A stretch of 64,000 nt of DNA, from assembly GCA_020057115.1 (NCBI GenBank), contig JAGVGJ010000010.1, forward strand, positions 615 to 64,614, written 5' to 3'. Positions 51,201 to 56,261 of the stretch are shown here, one piece after another. A program made the translations under genes and the position numbers. This DNA is from Candidatus Omnitrophota bacterium (GTDB taxonomy: Bacteria > Omnitrophota > Gorgyraeia > 2-01-FULL-45-10). The notes below the pieces were generated by a model. The model saw nothing but the letters and a program-made list of their open reading frames with translations. It was not told the DNA's origin and did not search any database. Numbering within the stretch: the stretch's first letter is position 1; each line of letters begins with the position of its first letter.

Positions 51201-54138
51201 AGCCAAACTTCTTTTGAATGCATCAGGCATGATCACGCGGCTAGGCGATCGTCACCTGAAGAGCGTCAAGGGCTTCCTTGAAATGGCGATGAGCCATCTC
51301 AGGATCAGGGAAGCGGATGCGATATCTATAGCCACTCATTGCAATAATTCCGGTCTCAACTGGGTATGGGTAGAGTCTTTAAAACGGGATTCCAGGATCA
51401 GGAACTTGGCCATTTCAGCCCTGAAGAGCATAGAAAGAAAAGACCGCAGGTCCGCGCTAGGCGCTATAAAGGGTATCACAAGATTAAATGAGATAAAGAA
51501 TGAGCCGGAATATAAGCCCATTTATAATATCCTCTGGCCTGTAGTAAAAGCCATAGAGGAAAATAAAAAGCCTCTCGAAAGCGCTATAGCCCCGCTCAAC
51601 CTCGTGTTGGAAAAATATAATAATTCGCGCCTTCTGCACAATATGCTTAGAGAATACAGGGATAAGCTTGTCGAAAAAGAGATGGCGTCGCTCGAACCTA
51701 TTGACAGGGATGCGTTCCTGAAAGATATATTTGACATGTCTGCAAAACAGAGCGACTTCCCCAAAACACCTAATCCGGTCCAGGCCCGCGCCAGATGGTG
51801 GGCAAAGCTACACCAGGCGGTGAATATACCGCTTATGATAGACGATCCTGTCAAACGCGGAGAGCGCATCCCTAATCCGGTATTTGAGGCGGCTTCGGAC
51901 TATGCGTATATCCTGGAATTCGGGAAATTGGATGAGCTGGTGAAGATGCCATTCATGCAGGCCGCTAAGCTCGGTGTGACAAGGCCGTATCTGGAGAATA
52001 TACTGAAGCGCCGGCCTTATAGCCATTTGATCCGTACGGATATGCCGAACCTTGTAGCGGCGCTATCCAAAGATTATGGCCTTGATCCTGACCAGGCAAG
52101 ACTTCTTGATGGATGTATCAGGATAGAAGAGTTTAGCGGCGCCACGCCTGCGGTTACGGCCGGGCCTCAGGTTCCTTCGATAGTTTCGCCTTTAAAGGTG
52201 CTTGATGGTATGCGGATAACAGATGAAAAGAGAGAGTCCTTCAGGCTGCGCATAGGGCGGTCGCTGAATAATAATAAATACTCGGACACCATATTCATCA
52301 CAAGAGAATCGGATGGCGAGTCGGTAGGCATGATAGAGACCATAGTGGCTGAGGATAGCAAAACCGGCTCGTGGTCGATAGAGCTTGGCCTTGCCAAGAT
52401 AAATCAAGACGTAAAAGGAACGAACTATAGGAATAGAGGCATATTCCTTAGAGTTATGAACCTCTTGGGCAAGGTCATACCCGAAGGGTCTGAGATGAGC
52501 ATAACCTCTGTCGAAGAGACCAGGACATTAAAGACCCTTGCCGGAGGAAAGAGCTGGTATCAGACCATGATGGGCAAGACATTATACAGGAGCGGCTGGA
52601 AGCTGCAGGAACTATTCATATTCGACAGGGGCAGCTCCAGTACTTATGTCTCTTTCGACAGGCTGGAGAAATGGAAAAGCGATTTTCCTGTAGATAAGGG
52701 CGGTTTTCAAAGCGCGCTCGCTCAGGCGATAAAGGATATCGACAAGACCGATGCGATAGATGATGCTACCGTAGGCGCGGTGTTATCTAAGATAGATAGG
52801 AGCGCAGTGGCTGAGGGCAAGGCCCGTATTGTGCAGCAAGCCGATAAAGGCATTCCTTCCGACAAACAACTTGTATGGATAAACATCCATGGTTTCGTTG
52901 ACCAGGCCAAAGGGCCTTTAGAGAAGAGGATACGGGAATCGATCGCAAAACAAGGTCTTATAAAGAATATACATGATGTCAGCTTGGGAGTGCTTCCCGA
53001 TGAAGTGCGTTCGCACGTGAAGAGCGTATTGGAAGACGAGGCCAAGCCTGTAAGCAATATAGTGCTATCGGGACATTTCTTTGCTACGATCTCGGAATAC
53101 CCCGGATGTATCGAGAGCGCGATACGGGGCGTCTGTGATGCGCTTGGGACCAGCGGCTATAGGATCATCCTGCCGCTCGACCTGATAGATAATAGCGATG
53201 AGACGGTCACGCCCGCCGATCTGGTATTTCTTTTGGGATTCACCCAGTTAGATAAAGAGAATAGCCTCGTATATATAGATGATGCTCCTGTGGCCAAATG
53301 GAGCGAGGCCAAGGCGGATAAAGGCGCTCCTGTCGAGGTCAGGTTATATACCACAAGTGAAAAGATGAAGGCGTATCTTGAAAAGAACGATGTCTCTGCG
53401 GGATCTTCGCGTGCGCCGGAGAGCAAAACATTGCCGGTGCCGAAAGAATCTCCCGAAATATTGTTCGCCAGATTTATGTCGAAGGCGGATATGATAAAAT
53501 ATTCCGCAGGCCAGGCGCTCGAAGGGTTTAGGCCGGGAGAATTCATAAAAGAGAAGGGCCTGATACTTTACGCCGACAGCATCCTTGAACATGGCGCTGT
53601 TGCAGAACTTGAAGATGCCTTGAAGAATACAGGGATATTTAATGAGATGAACATAGTGGTATATGGAAAGAAGCCCGGCATGGCCTGGCTCCTTGAAAAG
53701 ATAATAAGAGGGGCGAATAGCACAGTCAATGTAATAACCGTAAGCGAGGCAGATCTTATAGAAAAGTCCGGCACCAAAGAGATATACATAGATGAGACAA
53801 AGGAGCTTGATTCTATAATCAAATATGCCGGAGCCAAGGGGATAAATAACGGGAACCTCCTCGGCGTCATAAAGGGCTCTACGGCAGCCGCAAGCATAGG
53901 GAAGATAAGAGAGCTCTTAAGCGAGCGCAAGGTCCCGGTCGTCTCATTCGAATCCGCTGATGGCGTATACTCATTTGCAGCGGCCATCGGCATATTAGCA
54001 AAGTTAAAGAATAACATCGACCCGAAGATGAACAACTACTTCGCGGTACTTCCTCCGATAAAGAAGCTTTCGATAGAGTTGGACAGGACCTACCGGGAAT
54101 ACAGGGAAGCGCTCAAGAAGCTCCTCTCAAGCGCCTAA
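39244..54138 (+). CDS. giant multidomain membrane-associated signalling protein (4,964 aa). Domains: N-terminal TM, PAS, GGDEF-like, 2x [novel HExxCHxKGH domain - HATPase_c - cytidylate-kinase-like] supermodules plus a third novel-domain copy, 2x a second novel domain, an internal 3-TM cluster, TPR-like region.
   Basis: Uninterrupted 14,895-nt reading frame (apparent TTG start). A hydrophobic N-terminal anchor and two to three TM helices lie at 39880-40075. PAS spans about 40110-40500. The GGDEF-type domain spans about 40540-41010, with RAGDKGDEF at 40759-40785. Large internal repeats with about 2.2 kb periodicity lie at 41050-46000. HATPase_c N/G1/G2 boxes (ELLKNA...DYGKGM...GSGYGL and ELVKNA...DHGKGI...GTGYGL) lie at about 42150-42480 and 44350-44690. 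Cmk-like domains (CGRRGSGRST...GLRYVNSGFILRAV and SGLRGSGRTV...GLRYINPRFMMRAM) lie at about 42524-43120 and 44735-45300. Three TM helices lie at 48655-48900. Confidence 0.85.
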   Translation: MKTNRQIKKFPLFIRIIATILLVTFLVQDIAWAHPDPFTKDPSRHATLAPEPMFDHPEDKVTAISTLLQSKIESHGVFKGNVSLTAVEHILDLEDISKWCDENKIAISTEHTFTGKPTEIRLVMPHGRVLRYYDPNIKTHENKDTAARGTVVRINANLSKQAIESNDFYKKNSQVGTTSTHVDLQAAIRKEKSSAHISPFQKVHPSLYERISNYGLIAVSAGLILAYWLIDTIAYMYVFSDSDVLSALMPSDPYRYFTRAVTACMIFLFGSVIQFFVNRNKKRSIALSERNHMFFQVFMDMGVAAHRLDISGNILDVNTKWCEWMGYKREEVIDRPIFDFIDPEHRGNARDRLLGRIRGFTEVEIPQRTGDRRYIRKDGTAILSDTFHTILKDRFGRPIEILTQFRDITEQRSMEKELEKSLKELKLVSDTDKLTGAYSRNFWDRQFNAILEAFSRTKIPISAIMCDLDDFKIVNDTHGHATGDEVLKEYARVMLADRRKTDFVIRAGDKGDEFIIILFNTDAKGASIAANRILENLATDHNVLSPDGKPISIRASMGVAQFREGQTKEDLVKAADEALYIAKQSGKSKVVVTAPSSALSEGDASPESKMAFKRVVENIRTKPRKYSDITISEKFISNMAEIRNRLRKLGIEDILGDLRDLRVLTTDAVVLGHGDFSVGFYSKAEDDKNNLISVLGEDGFNKLFPRPTLVLPREMFDEYDELIQQDYILHRIICHSKGHHTSMFIQQAVYPENYNYGAYEEEAGKKYMPGCKGDPSKPFKGRTGEAIQNIINAITKDPITTVIMHDLKNKIQGGYVLDLVLNKYKKDGSALSEDLLMLKKYRDMMGSMGKTTLSFYANGANETEAITALSDMLPELKKMTTAIKLKLRYGAFDYDMEDKEKIAIVIKNSEEGVVPGINTAINMLGRSPEEIDVGRFIEDIISRAKSIFIIPENTRVDLSIPSEVRRLSGILTYKLILKLTLEELLKNASVDGQANRIKVSVSATSEGELKVMVRDYGKGMSEESLKRLFMPGNAAVEDKRYGSGYGLAVLKEAIDSVGGTIIYDNKVTDGPSFTFTLPLDAPLDKLKRRALKEPLMVAMCGRRGSGRSTVGRMIAATFGLRYVNSGFILRAVLYKLIEAKKRGSPVDLGDPKAVGAFAQDFFEKKRIDYSKEPVGIDGVDSASILVDGLSLRDKIKMLISNKEFTDGQSNEEWMHRVAGYKTVDEALENFIRTLAVETKAYGKYNGIIRMASDPVKNEDIINIMLDAPTYIRAKRSNTPIEEIEKLDSATGRKSMTGRYARVDMMIDTAHLTVRQAAIQAIRYIDARVLSKEAADGFISQGDAAFTRMAENIASGKVVDATHDPRIVLDIERLKNRLGLRSIDDLMGAGSAVRILVTNDVVINEKDFALGLYSESPAVKARLIQVMGEEKFKLAFPRPTLVLTTEVLLNKDENIRQEYIYHEAICHAKGHYEAILAQQKVFPKNYTGDCEEGANGLKYVRGFAGVKDKPFKGRLGSALTATIKMATDPIIREVLHDLNSKFSTAGGFALYSVLKRYSEEEIEADKRLKLLKEYCALTLELRNACIGYLSGEATMSDVMDIFNEHLKRFTSLTSSITERFNNNEYNDTERSKNGMKVLVEYSGVSINLMNRAMNWIGRSMDSVDVEGYLANIIGSYRASLKESATHGNKYVEINDAKISPEARRLKDIFTYKEVLRMTIEELVKNALKYSGTDSIDIEASLTKDGDLEFKVIDHGKGIPADTLKKLFTPGFTEAKDSRIGTGYGLVSLKDAIGSVGGSINVESKVGEGTTFIFTLPANGEIGALNRPKLYDPIIVAVSGLRGSGRTVVSRWIASRLGLRYINPRFMMRAMVATLLEARKNGRAIDLKDGDAVAAFAEEFFGKRRLDYSVEPVKLDGVDTSVPDEKDGLSLRDKIKTEIDDGITDGEPNTTILDNIAHYKGVQAALEKFIKSIASEVRASGKYNGVIRPGTEPVKDNEVINIMLDASSYIRASRANRGMDWIASKDELTDRKNMADKHPYIDIIDTSYSTVEETGARALGYIMGHIPITDGMVRKGDKAFRRMVGNVIAGNFAETGLMVAPDLENVAKITGASCMEELIGSDKPLRVLVTNAVVLNQSDFSFGFYSHAPPIMAKIISLVGEDTFNSTFPEPTLILSAEILANPSPQIRQEHILHEIFCHTKGHSPAVFEEQRLFPGNYSAGTFEERGSKKYIAGYAWNEAMPFDGAFGDALRQVIDKKLATTTTGEFARPKGKEHTKTSAAFMTADLIAQAEKLKTTSMQEQACALILKALSIVAESDQPVPYENIANIRAFIWDERSSGHVPVNFDVLLPVIDEYMNDCNLTKFRIKLSALRKHIESTYTNILAMYIYKQLSHLFFNSLPTITRFTILISSRKYPNDPSLKEMIELSSEMDRSMRNLGDESNRLRSVDSLMNFLTVSDESLSRQRALLDAFRAEHPELLRLDSRLRGNIEAINAELEKLARARSLLALTLGNKPSLEEIAERVDLVVAKMETGVKTPRIAWVGGLVPYSNTLSTVKEGEPVKVSMRVYIPGFTPQEIDSKTGIKKFAEGFIRAEIWTNAISDPEASSVEAFKPIDMRFDGVGGREGHDYIFTGFIPAKYASQIDSNGRPKEFRFTARAAIKNELGGIEGEWAYSDNPYKTNVNWHGDGRIVVLSRDPEEDRGNLVGRVFSDTNGKDQVTHKISGRIEKGFLNNDYLVLYGEDGKVLYAKDGKEARVKLESPAVKTDLGYIVYMLEPNDHIHGFASRDKVFMADFMFYDRVLSYHEMKEAYYSVHPDEVPEGIEPHTYLRGCGKGIRNTAAYAVRYENLDKNFTAGQLKTWMKNSLAPEDRGTDSEMRLIEHNASKGKKGMELLYGEQDRVFGPKANMRATEKISGKIKNRNDYSLSRDKVVLVVELMKLRPEAFPNSIDATVKMLGEGFDVFKKYDFQGHTPVDAAHYHSDYKKWHGALLKLIESDPSVPAHFDSISMSSLLEALRDQYGYINAKLNWAWAIEGMWKDTLDGMEKYPRESQMARFKGLGIFKRHDDFMKDYAGSYYIENDDAVNKAMKAVEETLGFINSRVPSIFVKDEKPDGSAPVAAIKKNAPLGERAINFMKSGRASEIAQFVALAFIISIALSWVLPANWLTLSIAIIVPITLFFLLPWTWKTLLVNVAISVVLWYWLPLPWFGLSMAILTIANVAKHNIKLKPHLKPEAVPAERSVLEEKKAEKILSDITIDREILARILKAIEVSKEGTDKADANDALKKLDDADIITQLFDFGSGTKGYEKPVKETKEKLRLGVRRAFDDIKGGLNIEYKDMIERLKNWKNENDEALAGALQDLSQEVMDFIINSNHAADNKVDRLAVRELIAEECGIDAARSETIRLRMALDVQKDDVASNEMIGSASANDHFFLAALQLKFGNYIKAEESFGRAVDLDPTNADYRLALGLVEHIFRKWMAARTAYNAASNFYDIEAGVSKAAKAKKELAEFLREKARAEAPLIMEKKTNGNLIGKLFIDKAATVQIKEGVIAKEEMGILKFFAPNGDILYTKSGVPAAVKLTGQIIKTKSGHQIKIVEDNEHIRGFADKDNAYLADSFAKNPIAKYHELQESHYAAHPEELPKGVNSHTYIRGCGNDAREALRTSRKKDLQDITADDLIKYLKKRLPKERHNENEFNLIRYNGEQGRKGLDLIYGLQDREFGVEANELFSDALIILEKPEPAAQAAPKTQLRTADEVLFRDYFEDLFEKNIEMFMLLSVRMMGSDAEKKSVLKRRNALVQELLALTDKYRSQDFAKEEYRKVVTFVNEKILRTVELVDGDNEPAAAWCLFGAINVISDTRLEMQAKWLSGIKERRARIWRNGGILTYPRGGYRILEGSKRTVIDRTEATFSSMWEVMRSLFHQVDGELEEKRKVSGLIYEIDGFMLELFDKNYELNDDERAAMSKKIGLLAASMAKEKGELKYEDKRIAKLLLNASGMITRLGDRHLKSVKGFLEMAMSHLRIREADAISIATHCNNSGLNWVWVESLKRDSRIRNLAISALKSIERKDRRSALGAIKGITRLNEIKNEPEYKPIYNILWPVVKAIEENKKPLESAIAPLNLVLEKYNNSRLLHNMLREYRDKLVEKEMASLEPIDRDAFLKDIFDMSAKQSDFPKTPNPVQARARWWAKLHQAVNIPLMIDDPVKRGERIPNPVFEAASDYAYILEFGKLDELVKMPFMQAAKLGVTRPYLENILKRRPYSHLIRTDMPNLVAALSKDYGLDPDQARLLDGCIRIEEFSGATPAVTAGPQVPSIVSPLKVLDGMRITDEKRESFRLRIGRSLNNNKYSDTIFITRESDGESVGMIETIVAEDSKTGSWSIELGLAKINQDVKGTNYRNRGIFLRVMNLLGKVIPEGSEMSITSVEETRTLKTLAGGKSWYQTMMGKTLYRSGWKLQELFIFDRGSSSTYVSFDRLEKWKSDFPVDKGGFQSALAQAIKDIDKTDAIDDATVGAVLSKIDRSAVAEGKARIVQQADKGIPSDKQLVWINIHGFVDQAKGPLEKRIRESIAKQGLIKNIHDVSLGVLPDEVRSHVKSVLEDEAKPVSNIVLSGHFFATISEYPGCIESAIRGVCDALGTSGYRIILPLDLIDNSDETVTPADLVFLLGFTQLDKENSLVYIDDAPVAKWSEAKADKGAPVEVRLYTTSEKMKAYLEKNDVSAGSSRAPESKTLPVPKESPEILFARFMSKADMIKYSAGQALEGFRPGEFIKEKGLILYADSILEHGAVAELEDALKNTGIFNEMNIVVYGKKPGMAWLLEKIIRGANSTVNVITVSEADLIEKSGTKEIYIDETKELDSIIKYAGAKGINNGNLLGVIKGSTAAASIGKIRELLSERKVPVVSFESADGVYSFAAAIGILAKLKNNIDPKMNNYFAVLPPIKKLSIELDRTYREYREALKKLLSSA

Positions 54139-54687
54139 TAATTTTGCTTCATGCAGTTTTGTGTATATCGAGCCTTTAGGGGTAAGCGTGCTCTTAAATA
54201 AGACGATCTCATTTATCTTGCAGCTTACAGCTGATAGCTTATAGCTTAACATCTTTTCTTTCAGCTTCTCTTTATTTTTTGGAGAGCGGACCCTTCCTAT
54301 CGTAAGATGAGCGGCGAATGACCTCGTCTCTTTCTCGAATCCCAGCTTAGACAGCGCCTCATCTACTTTTTCTGCAATTATTTTCAATTCACCGGCGCCT
54401 TTATCGATGCCGCCCCAGACGACTCTCGGATATTCAATTTTAGGAAATGCGCCCAGGTCTTTGATCGTAGTTTCGAAGGGTCTTGTCCCGGAGGCTATGT
54501 TATCAAGAATAGCTTTTATTTCTTCGACCTTCTTCTCATCCACCTCGCCTAAAAATTTCAGAGTAAGGTGGATATTATCCTTCTCGACCCATTTCACATC
54601 AGCTCCGGAATATTTAAGGTGGGCCTCTGCCTGGGCGAGGGATTCTTTGATCTCTTCGGAAAAATCTATGGCGATGAAAATGCGCAT
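54127..54687 (-). CDS. thpR: RNA 2',3'-cyclic phosphodiesterase (2H / LigT-ThpR family)
   Basis: 186 aa. Two HxT/S motifs (HLTLKF and HLTIGR) spaced about 80 residues apart, typical of 2H phosphoesterases. The 3' end overlaps the giant ORF stop by 12 nt (convergent). Confidence 0.8.
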   Translation of the reverse strand: MRIFIAIDFSEEIKESLAQAEAHLKYSGADVKWVEKDNIHLTLKFLGEVDEKKVEEIKAILDNIASGTRPFETTIKDLGAFPKIEYPRVVWGGIDKGAGELKIIAEKVDEALSKLGFEKETRSFAAHLTIGRVRSPKNKEKLKEKMLSYKLSAVSCKINEIVLFKSTLTPKGSIYTKLHEAKLLGA

Positions 54688-54693
54688 AATTTA

Positions 54694-54722
54694 GGGTCCA
54701 GAGGCCAGGGTCAAGGGTCCAG
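54694..54722 (+). repeat. GGGTCCAGAGGCCAGGGTCAAGGGTCCAG intergenic repeat, copy 2
   Basis: 28/29 identity to the copy at 14518-14546. Sits in the 52-bp gap between thpR and cinA. Confidence 0.8.
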
Positions 54723-54739
54723 TAAATGAATAAAATGGA

Positions 54740-55870
54740 TTATATGTTTCGTCTGATCATGTCCAGTGCGATCTGGGATGCCTGGAATTTCACTTCTTCG
54801 CGCGAGCCTTTGAACCTTAGCTCACGGACAACCTTCTTATTCTTTGCGGCGAGGGCTATGTAGACTAGACCCATCGGTTTTTTCTTCGTGCCGCCTGTCG
54901 GGCCTGCGATACCGGTTATCCCTACGCCGATATCAGAGCCGGCCTTTATGCGTATGCGATCTGCCATGGCAAGCGCGACAGGTTCCGACACTGCGCCAAA
55001 GTCTTTTATTAATATCTCAGGCACTCCGAGTATATCAATTTTAGCCGCATTAGAATATGTGATAAGTCCCATTAAAAAATAGTCCGAGCTCCCGCTTATA
55101 TTTGTGATGCGGTGGGCGAGAAGGCCCCCGGTGCAGGATTCGGCTGTAGCTATGGTCAGGCGTTTTTTGGAAAGGATCTTTCCGACAGCGCTTTCAAGCG
55201 TTTCGTCATCGTATCCGAATATCCGGTCTTTTAATTTTAGGCGTATCTTTCTTTCTATTTTTGCTATGGATCTTCGCGCAGCAGCTTTATCATTAGCCTT
55301 TGACATTATCTTGAGCTCGACCTGGCCAAGCTTGGCATAGATGCCCACGGTCGTAGGCGGCTTTAGTGCGAGGAGGTCTTTCACAAGGCCATTTACCTGC
55401 GATTCGGCAAGGCCCGTGGTCTTTATCGAGCGCGATATCATCGATACTTTTGCTCCGGACAGCCTCTTCAGGTAGGGGATGATATCTTTTTCGAACATCG
55501 GCTCTATCTCTCTAGGGGGGCCGGGCAAGGCGATGAGCGTCTTTCCTATATATTCTGTGATAAGCCCCGGAGCAGTGCCCACATTATTCCTTATCCACTT
55601 TACGCCTTTGCGCTTGATGAGCCTTGCGATCGTCTCGATGGTGATATCATCTACCGTGGGGCCGAGGCCGCCGGAAGTTATGACTATATCAGAACGAGCC
55701 GCAGCCTTCTTTATCGCTTCTTCCAGGCGTCCGGGATTATCGCCGACGGTGGTCTGGTAGTATACGTCGATGCCTATCTCGGCAAGTTTTTGAGACAGGA
55801 ATGCAGCGTTCGTATTAACTATATGTCCGAGCAAAAGTTCCGTGCCTATCGCGATTATCTCAGCTTTCAT
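54740..55870 (-). CDS. cinA: CinA-family competence/damage-inducible protein (MoaB/MogA-like N domain plus PncC nicotinamide-nucleotide amidohydrolase C domain)
   Basis: MKAEIIAIGTELLLGHIVNTNAAFLSQKL N-terminus is the hallmark of CinA. 376 aa two-domain length. Confidence 0.85.
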   Translation of the reverse strand: MKAEIIAIGTELLLGHIVNTNAAFLSQKLAEIGIDVYYQTTVGDNPGRLEEAIKKAAARSDIVITSGGLGPTVDDITIETIARLIKRKGVKWIRNNVGTAPGLITEYIGKTLIALPGPPREIEPMFEKDIIPYLKRLSGAKVSMISRSIKTTGLAESQVNGLVKDLLALKPPTTVGIYAKLGQVELKIMSKANDKAAARRSIAKIERKIRLKLKDRIFGYDDETLESAVGKILSKKRLTIATAESCTGGLLAHRITNISGSSDYFLMGLITYSNAAKIDILGVPEILIKDFGAVSEPVALAMADRIRIKAGSDIGVGITGIAGPTGGTKKKPMGLVYIALAAKNKKVVRELRFKGSREEVKFQASQIALDMIRRNI

Positions 55871-56014
55871 ATATTCGGATTATATATCATTGTCGTCGGA
55901 GGGTCAAGGATATTGCAAAATGTAGCGGTAAGATAAAAAAAAGCTAGCTGTCTTGCTATTGTAGATGTCGAGTATTATAGGTATACTTATAATTGAAAGA
56001 AGAAAGATGTTCTT

Positions 56015-56240
56015 TGCAACTCGAATACAATCGCAAACCCGAGGAAACTCGGCGACGTCCCACCAAAAATGCTGGGACCGCGCCTACGCGAAAACGCGGG
56101 CGTGGCAAAACTACAGGGCCTAACCCTCCAGCACGGAGATAATGGCAGCCAGTTGCCGTAGTAAAAGCTTACGTTAAAGCTAAATTGAGGAGTGTATCTA
56201 TTTCCAATCGATATGACGTTGGTTGGGATTTTTTTTATTT
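56015..56240 (+). ncRNA. candidate structured RNA / cis-regulatory leader (element R1) upstream of PEP-CTERM gene 1. Paralogous to 60515-60840.
   Basis: GCAAACC followed by a CGAG-GAAA-CTCG GNRA hairpin (56043-56065). Further GAAA-capped hairpins. Conserved blocks CAAAACTACAGGGCCTAACC (56116-56135) and ATGGCAGCCAGTTGCCGT (56152-56169, identical to 60749-60766). A T9 run at 56229-56240 lies about 20 nt before the RBS/ATG of the PEP-CTERM gene. Confidence 0.35.
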
Positions 56241-56261
56241 GTAAGATCCAAAGTCCAGGAG

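Noticed and set aside
56152-56169. Sigma54 promoter call for the conserved 18-mer
   Set aside because: The GG and GC elements are separated by one base fewer than the strict sigma54 spacing. Kept only as a low-interest observation.
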